DNA of 64,000 nt from an uncultured virus (IMG/VR IMGVR_UViG_3300046463_000302) (taxonomy: Duplodnaviria; Heunggongvirae; Uroviricota; Caudoviricetes): IMG/VR virus record IMGVR_UViG_3300046463_000302; one strand, given 5' to 3'. The notes under the pieces were generated by a model, which was not told where the DNA came from, did no database searches, and was given only the letters and a program-made list of their open reading frames with translations. Below, one piece after another: positions 45,795 through 54,921 of the stretch (position 1 is the stretch's first letter; each line of letters begins with the position of its first letter). The position numbers and the translations under genes are program-made.

Positions 45795-45821
45795 TAAAAA
45801 AAGGCGGACCGCAGTCCGCCT
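45795..45821 (-). terminator. intrinsic terminator ending leftward early operon
   Basis: AGGCGGAC-4nt-GTCCGCCT followed by T run on minus strand. Confidence 0.8.
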
Positions 45822-45864
45822 AAGTGCACGCCGCGATGCATGGGCACCGCTGCTTACCGCTATA

Positions 45865-46014
45865 TCACTGGTGATTTCGCCAGATAGTGCGCGCCTCGCG
45901 GGCATCAACGCCTAGAAGGTGGCACAGTTCGCCCGCATTCTTCTGGCGCCGCACCAGTGTCGCGACAAGTGCGGTCAGGTAGCGCTTCAGGGTTTGCTCC
46001 GGGCTCTCGTTCAT
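45865..46014 (-). CDS. small hypothetical protein
   Basis: 49 aa, ATGA overlap with dUTPase. Confidence 0.45.
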   Translation of the reverse strand: MNESPEQTLKRYLTALVATLVRRQKNAGELCHLLGVDAREARTIWRNHQ

Positions 46015-46451
46015 TTCCCTGTGCTCCCGAACCCGCCGGCCCCGCGCTGCGTCTCCGACAGTTCATCCACTTCGACGAACATGCATTGCGGCGCCGGCTC
46101 GAGCATGGCCTGTGCGATGCGGTCGCCGTCGCGAACCTTGGCGCACGCCTCGCCGTCCGCGCGCAGGCTAACCCGGATCTCGCCGCGGTAGTCGCTGTCG
46201 ATGATGCCCACGCAGTTCGACAGGCGCATGCCCTGGTTAAAGCCGTGGCCGCTGCGCGAATAGATCTTCATGACCCAGCCGGCGGGCACTTCGACAGCCA
46301 GGCCGGTACGGAAGATCGCCGCGTGCTTGTCAGTCGGGTGTGGAGTGAACCAGTCGGCCTCAATCGCATGCAGATCGAAGCAGGCCGCGCCGGCCGTCGC
46401 ATACTTCGGAATGATGGCGTCCGGATGCGTTTTCTTGATCTTCAGCAGCAT
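46011..46451 (-). CDS. dut: trimeric dUTPase
   Basis: AACFDL, SRSGHG, GIIDSDYRGE, RIAQ, RGAGGFGSTG. Confidence 0.97.
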   Translation of the reverse strand: MLLKIKKTHPDAIIPKYATAGAACFDLHAIEADWFTPHPTDKHAAIFRTGLAVEVPAGWVMKIYSRSGHGFNQGMRLSNCVGIIDSDYRGEIRVSLRADGEACAKVRDGDRIAQAMLEPAPQCMFVEVDELSETQRGAGGFGSTGK

Positions 46452-47735
46452 TTACGCTTCCTCCTGTTCGAACGGCGAGCACAGCATGGCCGCATCGGCA
46501 TCGGTCGCAGGCACGACGCGCGGCTTACCATTGACCATCGCCACGGTGAACGTTACTTCTTGAGTGTGCGTCCAGAAGGGCACCAGTTTCAATGCGCCCA
46601 CGTCGGCGAACGCCGCGGCGGCGTTGTTATCGCCTTCCGGCGTGGTCCCCCAATACTCGCCATCCATCCAGTAGCCGGCGGGCGCCTGATTGGGGTAGAG
46701 CGGGGCAGGGCTCACGCGAACGATGCCGCCGGGCCGCAGAGATTCATCAAACGGGTCGGCGAACGAGTCGGCGGCAAGTGACGGCACATACAGCGGCGCT
46801 GCGGCCGGCGCAGTCGCGATGACGTCGTCGCCGCCGATCGGCGTCATCGGCGAGCCGATGCGCTCCAGATCCTCGGTATGGTGAACGCGCGGCGGGTGCT
46901 CTGATCGGTCGAACAGTTCATCAATTTCGTCGTTGACCGGCGCGGCAATGGGCATCGGATCGCGAGACAGCGTGACGGGCGCGGCGGCCGGTTGCTCGAC
47001 GACGGTAGCCGGCGCTTCAGTTGCGCGCTTCATGGCTTCGAATTCGGCCTTTTGGCGGGCGAGTTCTGCTTGCTGGCGGGCGAGTTCCGCTGCGGCGGCT
47101 TCCTGCGCTGCGCGCTGCGCTTCCAGTGCGTCACGTTCCGCCTGCACAGCAACAGCCGACGCGTGCATCGCGTGCAGCTTCGCGAGCGTTTCATCGCGCG
47201 CGGTGCGGGCCTCGGCAATGAATTCGGCAAAGCCGTCGGCTTCAGTGATGACGTAGCCTTCCAGATCTTCAATCGACGCGGCAAGCTCGTCGATGCCGTC
47301 GTTCGCTGACGCATCGACCACGGAGCGGATCGCCGCAATCTTTTGCTGGATGCCCGCGACGCGCTCACGCTCGATGCGTGCGCGTTCTTCCGCCTCGCGT
47401 TTTTCCTTCTCTTCCTGTGCCGCGATTTGCTCCTTGATCGGCTTTTCAAGCTTTTCAATCTCGCCTTTCAGGTACGTGGCCTCGCTGTCGATCGCCTGCG
47501 AGCGGCGCAGCGCCGGTTCTTTGATCTCTTTGCGCAGGTTTTCGAGCGCAGTGCGCAACTTCGTCAGGTTGCGCGCGGCCTCTTTCGCGTCCTTCATGCC
47601 TTCCTTGGTTTCTACCTGGAAGATGACGCCCTTGAACTTTACGCGCAGCTCGATCAACGTGCGCTGTGTGGGGGTGTACTCCGAGACGGTCAATTCTCGC
47701 GATACGGGCGTAACAGTAGCTTGCGTGGCTTGCAT
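46452..47735 (-). CDS. coiled-coil phage protein
   Basis: AAGGAG RBS, LTKLRTALENLRKEIKEP..IDSEA; long coiled coil. Confidence 0.7.
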   Translation of the reverse strand: MQATQATVTPVSRELTVSEYTPTQRTLIELRVKFKGVIFQVETKEGMKDAKEAARNLTKLRTALENLRKEIKEPALRRSQAIDSEATYLKGEIEKLEKPIKEQIAAQEEKEKREAEERARIERERVAGIQQKIAAIRSVVDASANDGIDELAASIEDLEGYVITEADGFAEFIAEARTARDETLAKLHAMHASAVAVQAERDALEAQRAAQEAAAAELARQQAELARQKAEFEAMKRATEAPATVVEQPAAAPVTLSRDPMPIAAPVNDEIDELFDRSEHPPRVHHTEDLERIGSPMTPIGGDDVIATAPAAAPLYVPSLAADSFADPFDESLRPGGIVRVSPAPLYPNQAPAGYWMDGEYWGTTPEGDNNAAAAFADVGALKLVPFWTHTQEVTFTVAMVNGKPRVVPATDADAAMLCSPFEQEEA

Positions 47736-47745
47736 GTCCAACTCC

Positions 47746-47940
47746 TTACTTGTTTTTCGTGGGAATGAGGCGCTCGTCCTCATATTTGCGAACGTCCTCT
47801 TCGCGGTAGAGCACCGTGTTTTTGCCGACGACGATGAACGGCGGACCGATGCGCTCGCGGCGCCATATCTGGAGCGTGCGCGTCGTGATGTTCCAGCGCT
47901 TCGCCAGCTGCGTTTCGGTCAGGCGGGTAGCGTCGCTCAT
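47746..47940 (-). CDS. AlpA/excisionase-like HTH protein
   Basis: LTETQLAKRWNITTRTLQIWR..GPPF..VLYR. Confidence 0.85.
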   Translation of the reverse strand: MSDATRLTETQLAKRWNITTRTLQIWRRERIGPPFIVVGKNTVLYREEDVRKYEDERLIPTKNK

Positions 47941-48965
47941 GCTGCTTTCTCCTGACGGCGCATGTCCGCTTCGAATTGCGCCTGAAGTGCCTCTTCGTCA
48001 GACATGGCGGAGCGGGCAGGGACCGTTTCGGCGGTCTGCTGCGCGCCTTTGATGATCGACGCGAAGCGCGACGCCCTGGCCTTCTGCTGCGGCACTTCGT
48101 TCGGCAGGGCAGGGGTGGCCGCCTGCGCTGGCGCCTGCGTGGCCGGCGGCAACTCGGCCGCGCTGAACGTCGGCGCTTCTTCGCGGTGTCCAAAATCGAA
48201 GCCCATCGCGTCGTTGTCGTGCTGAAGCACGCGATCCAGCTTGTCGGAGCTTTGCGGGAGCAACTTCGCGCCGCGCTTGATAACCGACTTGATCGCCATC
48301 TGGTCGTACCATTTCGTCCAGGGGCTATTCGCGCCGTTACCCGACTTCGATGCTCCGCGCACCTTCTCGATATCGCGGCGATACATCACTTCGCGTTGCA
48401 CTTCGCCGCTGACGAGTTTGACGATGAAGTAGGCCGCCTTAACCGGGCCGGGGTCGTCGGCGCCGTCGTAGGGCTCATGTTCGATGCGCGGGTTGTCGCC
48501 GCGCACAAATCGAAAGTGGTCTTTTTCGTATGCGGCCGCGGCGTCGATGCTTACGATCTCGCCGCTATTGCGCATTACCTTCAGGATGCCGCGCACCATC
48601 GGAAGGTATTGAACAGTCGGTACCCAAATGTCCCGATTGCCGTCCTTCTGCTTCGTGTCGTAGACGTTCAGCACTGCCTCACGCCCATCGGGCAGCAGGC
48701 CATCTGTGGCCGCGCGAAGGCATGCGGTGTAGAGACTCGCGCGGTCCGCGTTCAGCAGCTTGTCCGCGTCGCGCGCGATTGCCGTCATTACGATGCCGAT
48801 GAACTTGTCGACGCTGATTCCCTCGGGAAGCATCGCGGCCAACTGGTCGCCGCGCTTCTTCTTCAGAAAGTCGCCGATCTTGGCGGATTCGGCGCGGATC
48901 CATTGCGCCTCAGTGAGCGGCAGTGGTTCGGCCGCCGGCTGCTGGGTCTGTTCAGTCATGGTCAA
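47937..48965 (-). CDS. recT: RecT ssDNA annealing protein (copy 2)
   Basis: AATDGLLPDGREA, QYLPMVRGILK..RNSGE, QMAIKSVIKR. Confidence 0.92.
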   Translation of the reverse strand: MTMTEQTQQPAAEPLPLTEAQWIRAESAKIGDFLKKKRGDQLAAMLPEGISVDKFIGIVMTAIARDADKLLNADRASLYTACLRAATDGLLPDGREAVLNVYDTKQKDGNRDIWVPTVQYLPMVRGILKVMRNSGEIVSIDAAAAYEKDHFRFVRGDNPRIEHEPYDGADDPGPVKAAYFIVKLVSGEVQREVMYRRDIEKVRGASKSGNGANSPWTKWYDQMAIKSVIKRGAKLLPQSSDKLDRVLQHDNDAMGFDFGHREEAPTFSAAELPPATQAPAQAATPALPNEVPQQKARASRFASIIKGAQQTAETVPARSAMSDEEALQAQFEADMRRQEKAA

Positions 48966-48976
48966 TCCCTTACTTT

Positions 48977-49010
48977 ACGGTGCGGTACAGTGCGATACAG
49001 TGCCGCACTA
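48977..49010. repeat. 10-bp tandem motif, near-identical (inverted) to 54149-54179
   Basis: Minus strand AGTGCGGCAC TGTATCGCAC TGTACCGCAC. Confidence 0.75.
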
Positions 49011-49036
49011 GCGGTTAGCAATTGAATCGCGAGAGC

Positions 49037-50026
49037 CTATGCGGCCTCGGTAATCCGGATATTGCGAAACGGCTCAACGGTCGCTTCGATGTGGGTCGCA
49101 GGAATCTTGGTGAGCGTGATCGTTACGCGCTCGCTGGCCGCGCGATCGTGCGAGCGATACGAAACCTTGTTCGTGCCGGCGCTGATCTTGAAGCCGTCGG
49201 CGGCGATGGACTTGGCGCTCTCGATGATGGTGAGGATCTCGGCTTTAGCCGCGTCCTTGGCGACGGCCGCTTCCTTGGCCCTTACGCCCGCTTCCTTGTA
49301 CGTGCGGCACAGTTCAGCCAGGCGCGGGTTATCCGACAGGTCGATGGTCGAGCCGTCATTGTCGCGATAGAGGCGAGCGAGCGTGTCAGCGTCTTTGCTG
49401 AAGTTGGGGGCAGGGGCGTTGCCGGTATCGACACGCTTCCAGAATTGCGCGACCTTCTCGCGGATCAATGCGCCGATCTCGCGGTCGCGCTGGCGGGCGA
49501 TGACCTTGGGAGTGTTCCCGCCGACGAGTGCCACGATAAGACACCATTCGATATCGGCGACTTCCATCTGGTGCTGCACCTGAAATTCAATGTGCGGCGG
49601 CGCTTCGTCGTCGGCATCGTCGCCGCCTTCGATCCATGCGCGCCTGAACTGCAGGCCATCAACGTTCTTGATTTCCATCAGGCCGCGCGTCGTGCCGGCG
49701 CCCTCAAGAATAATGAAGTCGAACGACGAGCCCATGCGCAACTCAGGGATGCGCATGTAGTTTTTGAACGGCTGCACTTCAAGCCCGCGGTCCTCTGCGA
49801 CGCCTTGTGCAATGACAGCCTCGAGGCGCTTGCCCCATTTGATACGGTCAGTCTCTACGAAGTCCTCAGCGAGACGGCCGGTTTTCTTCAGGTACAACTC
49901 ATATTCAGTCAGGTACGGCGAGCAATCGAACAGGGCCGATACTTCCGTCGACGTGAGATCCTGCGCACGCATAGCAAGCCACGCGGCTTCGTTTTCCGGT
50001 ACCAGAGTTTCTCGAAGCAATTGCAT
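49037..50026 (-). CDS. YqaJ-like viral recombinase exonuclease
   Basis: WLAMR..TSTEVSALF..SPY, WGKRLE, SSFDF, MEIKN, QVQHQM. Confidence 0.9.
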   Translation of the reverse strand: MQLLRETLVPENEAAWLAMRAQDLTSTEVSALFDCSPYLTEYELYLKKTGRLAEDFVETDRIKWGKRLEAVIAQGVAEDRGLEVQPFKNYMRIPELRMGSSFDFIILEGAGTTRGLMEIKNVDGLQFRRAWIEGGDDADDEAPPHIEFQVQHQMEVADIEWCLIVALVGGNTPKVIARQRDREIGALIREKVAQFWKRVDTGNAPAPNFSKDADTLARLYRDNDGSTIDLSDNPRLAELCRTYKEAGVRAKEAAVAKDAAKAEILTIIESAKSIAADGFKISAGTNKVSYRSHDRAASERVTITLTKIPATHIEATVEPFRNIRITEAA

Positions 50027-50062
50027 TTTGCATCCCCTAGAAAGAGTCGCACATGCGACCTT

Positions 50063-50099
50063 GATATGATTCTAGGACCAGCGTTCTTACAATGCAACC
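50063..50099. promoter_or_regulatory. tandem 17-bp operator-like boxes at leftward early promoter
   Basis: GATATGATTCTAGGACC and GTTCTTACAATGCAACC, starts 20 bp apart. Confidence 0.6.
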
Positions 50100-50176
50100 A
50101 CTTTTTCGGGAAAACGGTCTTACTTTCTAAAATACGACTTAAGCAGGGGTGCGCCGTTCCGGAATTGCGAACAGCC

Positions 50177-50764
50177 TTAGTTTTTCGTCGCGATGATCGG
50201 CGTAGCCCACTCGATGCGCACGTTCTCTGCGCTGTAAGGCCCGGAGAGATTGACAGTGCCTTCCTCATATCCGCGCTTGATCGTTGCCAGGACTGCCGGG
50301 CCGTCCTTGATCTTGAGAAAGCAGAAGCGCCCCAGGCTATCGCCATGTACGCCCGACGGCTTGGAGCAAAAGAGAATCCAACCATCCATCCATGCAAGGG
50401 CCGACTCGGACGTTCGGCATTGAATGGCTATCGCATCTTCTGGCAATTCCGGGACGCCAACTGAGGGAGCCTGAGTTTCATCTATATGGCTCACGGTCCC
50501 GTCTCCGATCGCCGCGCCCACGACAGTAAGCCTTGCTCCGGACACCGGGCCTACTGGCACACCGGATGCCTCAATGATTCTGGTCAATGGTTCTCCGAAG
50601 ATCTCGGAAAGCGTTACCGCCTCTTCCAACTGCATGCGTCTTTTGCCGCTGAACGTGACTGATAGCTGAGAGTGCGACATGCCCATGCGGTCCGCCAATG
50701 CCCTCATGGAAATGCGTTTGTTAGCAAGAAGATTCTCGAAATAGCTCTTGTTGATCTCAGACAT
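50177..50764 (-). CDS. CI-like repressor (phage B)
   Basis: N-terminal XRE HTH (SMRALADRMGMSHSQLS), degenerate S24-like C-terminal domain. Confidence 0.85.
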   Translation of the reverse strand: MSEINKSYFENLLANKRISMRALADRMGMSHSQLSVTFSGKRRMQLEEAVTLSEIFGEPLTRIIEASGVPVGPVSGARLTVVGAAIGDGTVSHIDETQAPSVGVPELPEDAIAIQCRTSESALAWMDGWILFCSKPSGVHGDSLGRFCFLKIKDGPAVLATIKRGYEEGTVNLSGPYSAENVRIEWATPIIATKN

Positions 50765-50808
50765 ATCGAATTCCCGTTGTTTGCGCGGTAGCACCGCTTC
50801 TTCTTAGT

Positions 50809-50869
50809 GTTTGTAAAATAGAACCGAACTTTTGTAATACTTGACGGAGTGGTAACAAAACAGTACCAT
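50809..50869 (+). promoter_or_regulatory. rightward early promoter with 17-bp boxes
   Basis: TTGACG(50841)-17nt-TACCAT; boxes 50809-50825 and 50851-50867. Confidence 0.65.
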
Positions 50870-50904
50870 CAAGACGTCAATCTCATTGGCATGATACCTA
50901 TCAA

Positions 50905-51255
50905 ATGAGCATTTTTACAGAAAAAGATATCGATGGTACGTACGCACGCGAACTTAGGAAGCGCTTAGGACAGACTCAGCCCGAATTTTGGGGTGCGGTC
51001 GGCTTAACGCAATCCGGCGGGTGCCGATACGAAAAGGGCGGTCCGATTCCTCGACCGTATCGCATTCTGATATTTCTCGTCCACATTGCCGGTCTGACTA
51101 TCGACGTCACGACGCGGGAGGGAGCCGTCGCGACGATCGCGCTTGCGGAACTCCAGAAGGATCACATCAAGGCCGCGAAGCTCGGCGAACAGATTGCCCG
51201 AGTCGGTCGGGCAGAGCAGGCAATTAACGCCGCACGCGCGGCGCTCGACGCTTAA
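50905..51255 (+). CDS. Cro-like XRE regulator
   Basis: LRKRLGQTQPEFWGAVGLTQSGGCRYE. Confidence 0.85.
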   Translation: MSIFTEKDIDGTYARELRKRLGQTQPEFWGAVGLTQSGGCRYEKGGPIPRPYRILIFLVHIAGLTIDVTTREGAVATIALAELQKDHIKAAKLGEQIARVGRAEQAINAARAALDA

Positions 51256-51322
51256 CTAAGGCCGCCAGCGGGGCGGCTTTTTCAATAGGTGCGGCACCGC
51301 ACCAAACTAAAAAGGTAAGGCA

Positions 51323-51835
51323 ATGATCTTGATGGGACTGGCCCGCTTGGGTCGTGATGTTGAAGTGCGCCATTTACCGGACGGCACGGCTGTCGCGAAT
51401 CTCGCACTTGCATATAACTGGGGTGCCAAGGACGGCGATGGGCGTCGCGCTTCTCAGTGGGTGGAGGGTGTCTTGTGGGGCGAGCGCGCCGAATCTCTCG
51501 CGCCGTATCTGCTGAAGGGCCAGCAGCTTGAGGTAATGCTTGAGGACGTCCGTGTAGAGACGTACGACCGCAACGACAACACGCAAGGCACGAAGATGGT
51601 CGGTCGTGTGCTGCGGCTGGAATTCGGCGCGCGCCCGCAAGGCGACGGCGGCCAGCAGCAACAGCAGCGCGGCGGCCAGCAACGCCAGCAAACCGGAGGC
51701 GGGCAGCAGCGCCAGCAGTCTACGCAGCAGCAGTATTCGCAACAGTCGCGCGGCGGTAGCGGTGGCGGCGGACGCCCGGCACGCCCGCCAAGCGGCGGCG
51801 GCTTCGACGAAATGGATGATGACATTCCGTTTTAG
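51323..51835 (+). CDS. ssb: single-stranded DNA-binding protein
   Basis: RLGRDVEVR..G.AVAN, Q/G-rich linker, DDDIPF tail. Confidence 0.95.
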   Translation: MILMGLARLGRDVEVRHLPDGTAVANLALAYNWGAKDGDGRRASQWVEGVLWGERAESLAPYLLKGQQLEVMLEDVRVETYDRNDNTQGTKMVGRVLRLEFGARPQGDGGQQQQQRGGQQRQQTGGGQQRQQSTQQQYSQQSRGGSGGGGRPARPPSGGGFDEMDDDIPF

Positions 51836-51852
51836 ACCGGCAGGAGTACTAA

Positions 51853-52095
51853 ATGATAGAGCGCGAACAGATGGACACGCACGGCGATCCTGCTGACGTC
51901 GGCAACGAGCGCGCAGCAGCGAATCTTGAGGCGTCCATCGCCGCGGTGCGCGCTGCAGCCGGGCAGCGCATGCAACCCAACGGCTTCTGCCGCAACTGTG
52001 AAGATCCCGTCGACATGCCGCTACTGTTTTGCTGTAGCGAATGCACATGGGATTTTGAACAACGCCAACGAGCAAAGGCGCGAAATGGACAGTAA
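51853..52095 (+). CDS. TraR/DksA-like C4 zinc finger protein
   Basis: DPAD..CRNC..FCCSEC. Confidence 0.65.
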   Translation: MIEREQMDTHGDPADVGNERAAANLEASIAAVRAAAGQRMQPNGFCRNCEDPVDMPLLFCCSECTWDFEQRQRAKARNGQ

Positions 52096-52531
52096 TCCCG
52101 CCGTTCTGATCGGCACATTCGTACGCCTGCAAACCCTCGCGGACGGTACGCCGCGCATCGTGTTCGACGTGGACTGCACCCTCGCGAAGCTGGCGGAGTT
52201 GGGGCTAAAGCCGGGCTCACCTGTCGCGCTCGCACGCATCACGCAGGAAGCAGCGCAGGCGCAGGCCCGCGCCGCGACGGTCGAGAACGCCGGGTTCGGA
52301 AAGCACTACGCCTGCCTCTACAAGTCGGGTTGGTTCCATAACCCGCGCGTCGTGGCGGCGTTCCATATCAGCGACGCGAAGCCCGAGGAACGCGCCAATG
52401 CGATCAAGCGTCATGTCTACGACGCGTTCGGCGTGTCCAGTCTTTCCGACGTGCCGCCGGCCGATTTTGCGGAAGTCTGCGCAGGGCTCGGCATTCGCCA
52501 AACTATTCCCCAGGCGTTCTATGCTGCGTAA
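52085..52531 (+). CDS. hypothetical protein
   Basis: QTLADGTPRI motif, operon coupling. Confidence 0.65.
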   Translation: MDSNPAVLIGTFVRLQTLADGTPRIVFDVDCTLAKLAELGLKPGSPVALARITQEAAQAQARAATVENAGFGKHYACLYKSGWFHNPRVVAAFHISDAKPEERANAIKRHVYDAFGVSSLSDVPPADFAEVCAGLGIRQTIPQAFYAA

Positions 52532-53015
52532 GACTCCGATGAAGCCGTCGAGCAAGCCGCTCGCGCGCACGCCGTTCAAGGCCAAGCCGAAAGCGCTGCG
52601 CACGGTGGCGCCGCTCGAGGCTGGCTCGCCGGCCGGAAAAATCACGACGTACGGCGGCAGCACGATCAAGCGCCGCACGCCGAAGAAGCGCCCCGGCCAC
52701 GATAAGAAGATGCTCGACGCGTGCCGTGGCCAGCGCTGCTATCTGGCGATCCCCGGCATTTGTTGCGGGCGCATAGAGACGGTCGTGCCGGCGCACTCGA
52801 ATGAGGGTGCGCTGGGGAAGGGCATGGGCCAGAAGGCACGCGACGAGTTCACCGTGCCGGGCTGCTACTTCTGTCACTACGCGATCGACCAGGGCGGCAT
52901 GTTCAGCTACGAAGAGAAGAAGCACTTCTGGCGATCGGCCTACCGCGAGTGGGCGCCAGATCGTGAGAACCTTTTCGGCTTGCCCTACACGCCCTATACG
53001 GAGTTGCCAGTATGA
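52521..53015 (+). CDS. DUF1364-like HNH-type nuclease
   Basis: RGQRCYLAIPGICC..ETVVPAH..GCYFCH. Confidence 0.8.
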   Translation: MLRKTPMKPSSKPLARTPFKAKPKALRTVAPLEAGSPAGKITTYGGSTIKRRTPKKRPGHDKKMLDACRGQRCYLAIPGICCGRIETVVPAHSNEGALGKGMGQKARDEFTVPGCYFCHYAIDQGGMFSYEEKKHFWRSAYREWAPDRENLFGLPYTPYTELPV

Positions 53016-53311
53016 GCACAAGGATTGCAGCAGAACTGAAGCCGTGGGGCCGCCAGATCGACCTGTATTTTGGTAGGCATGAGGGCGAGACGTTCAAGGC
53101 TGCGCAGCCGGTTCAGTTCATCGCGCAGCGTGAAGATCAGCAGGTAGAGCCGTTCATGTCGCTGCACGTCGGCGTCGCGCAAGAACTGATGGATGAACTT
53201 TGGCGCTGTGGGCTGCGCCCGTCGGAAGGATCGGGCAGCGCTGGCGCGCTCGCCGCGACGGAGCGCCACCTTGACGACATGCGCCGCCTGGTATTCAAGG
53301 GAAAGCCGTGA
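53012..53311 (+). CDS. hypothetical protein
   Basis: AQELMDELWRCGLRP..HLDDMRRLVF, coupled. Confidence 0.7.
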   Translation: MSTRIAAELKPWGRQIDLYFGRHEGETFKAAQPVQFIAQREDQQVEPFMSLHVGVAQELMDELWRCGLRPSEGSGSAGALAATERHLDDMRRLVFKGKP

Positions 53312-53757
53312 GCGAGATCCTACGCTCGCGCACCGGGCGCCGCGTGCCTGCGCGCGGCCCGCGCAAGACCAAGAAGCCGCCCACGCAACATGAGTTCCTC
53401 GAGCAATCCGCGCTATTCACCTGGGCACGTATGCCGTGCATCGTGGCGCAGTATCCGGCGCTCGATCTTCTGTCCGCATCGCTTAACGGCGTGAAGCTGT
53501 CGAAAGCGCAGGCGGGCAAAGCGTACGCAGCTGGGATGCTGTCCGGAGAGCACGACGTCAAGCTACCTGTTGCGCGCGGGCGTTATGTCGGGCTCTCGAT
53601 AGAAATGAAAGCTGGCGATGGGCGCCCGACCGACAAACAACTGTGGTACGGCGGCCGACTTGAAGAGGAAGGATGGTGCGTTCGCTACTGCTGGTCATGG
53701 ACCGAGGCGCGGGACGAAATCATCGGTTATCTAAGCCTTCAGAGTGGTCGCGTTTAG
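53308..53757 (+). CDS. VRR-NUC domain nuclease
   Basis: EFLEQ..G...GEHD..LSIEMK..PTDKQ. Confidence 0.8.
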   Translation: MSEILRSRTGRRVPARGPRKTKKPPTQHEFLEQSALFTWARMPCIVAQYPALDLLSASLNGVKLSKAQAGKAYAAGMLSGEHDVKLPVARGRYVGLSIEMKAGDGRPTDKQLWYGGRLEEEGWCVRYCWSWTEARDEIIGYLSLQSGRV

Positions 53758-54148
53758 TTACCGGTAGAAAGGTAATTAAAACATTCTATCGGCATGATTC
53801 AGGCAATTGTGGCGCGAATAGAAGGCTTTTTACCCTCTAAATCAGCGAATTGCGCACTGCCTACCACAAAACGGCGAACTTTTGCGATGGAAAATATTTT
53901 GGTCTGCGGTAAAGATTACGTAACAAAACGTTAGCAACGGTAATACAATCGCAACACCGTTTTACAAGCGTCGTACGGTTTCAGTCGAAGGTGCTTACAA
54001 GGTTTGCGCTCGCCTTGATGCACTTTTTGCCCCACACAGAGCGTTCCAAGCGAGTTACAGAATGAGACACATCAAAAGCCATTCCGCTGCGTCGGCAGAC
54101 GCAAGTGGGGGCGCAAGCAATTTTCTGGCGGGTTCGCAACAGTCCAAG

Positions 54149-54179
54149 AGTGCCGCACTGTATCGCACTGTCCCGCACC
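54149..54179. repeat. 10-bp tandem motif
   Basis: AGTGCCGCAC TGTATCGCAC TGTCCCGCAC. Confidence 0.75.
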
Positions 54180-54196
54180 AATCGGAGCGTGCATAA

Positions 54197-54598
54197 ATGA
54201 GCCTTGGATTCGTGTACGTGTTAGGCAACATCGCCATGCCCGGCGTGTTCAACATTGGCAAGACGGCGGGCTCGCCGACGGCATGCGCCCGCGAACTGTC
54301 GCAGTCTGCCGCAGCTGCGCTCCCGTTCGAAGTGCTGTGCTTTGGTGAGGTTGAGGATATCGACCTTGTCGAGCAAGACATTCTGGAGCGCTATGGGCAT
54401 CGCCGACTGAGCGCGTCGCGCCCGTTCGTTGCGGAGCGCTTCAGTGTGCTGGCGTCCGCTGTCGATATGGCGTCGATGCATTTCCACATGACCGAGGCCG
54501 GCGAATCGACGCGATCCGATGAATCGATGGCGCCCGACGCGGCAGCGCAGCGCACGCTGTTGCTTACGCAAGGGGAGGCGGCATGGCCCGCTCACTGA
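54197..54598 (+). CDS. T5orf172/GIY-YIG-like protein (degenerate)
   Basis: GFVYVLGN.AMPG...IG.T..P....ELS....LPF. Confidence 0.7.
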   Translation: MSLGFVYVLGNIAMPGVFNIGKTAGSPTACARELSQSAAAALPFEVLCFGEVEDIDLVEQDILERYGHRRLSASRPFVAERFSVLASAVDMASMHFHMTEAGESTRSDESMAPDAAAQRTLLLTQGEAAWPAH

Positions 54599-54921
54599 AA
54601 CACACCGTGGCCGAGATCATGCCGTTTTTCAAGCGCGAACCGCTGACCGTGGCCGAACTGTATCGCCGCGCGATGCTGACCGAGTCGACGGCGCGCCGGC
54701 TGATAACTAAGGCGCTTGATGACGGCTTGCTCGAGCGCACCGAGGGCAACAAGTACATGATTCCGGAGCCGCCGAAGCCCGGCGAGTTGCCGCGCCGCTT
54801 CGCGCCGGCCGACGTCGCGCAAATTCCGCCAGATAGCGGCCTGCTGCGCATGCGCGAGATCGCCAAGCATGGCCCTGTGAATCCGTATATCCAGCTTGCG
54901 TGGGCAGCGGAGGCACGATGA
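54583..54921 (+). CDS. winged-helix-like hypothetical protein
   Basis: GGAGG RBS, LTVAEL..ESTARRLI..LDDGLL. Confidence 0.6.
   Translation: MARSLKHTVAEIMPFFKREPLTVAELYRRAMLTESTARRLITKALDDGLLERTEGNKYMIPEPPKPGELPRRFAPADVAQIPPDSGLLRMREIAKHGPVNPYIQLAWAAEAR

Noticed and set aside
47746..47940. Integration module implied by excisionase-like gene
   Set aside because: No tyrosine or serine recombinase or att site recognised in the window
49022..50464. 480-aa plus-strand ORF
   Set aside because: Antisense to well-supported exonuclease and repressor genes, with no recognisable motifs
51650..51800. CAG-rich repeats
   Set aside because: Ordinary Gln/Gly linker of SSB
53758..54196. tRNA gene
   Set aside because: No cloverleaf, T-loop context or CCA end identified
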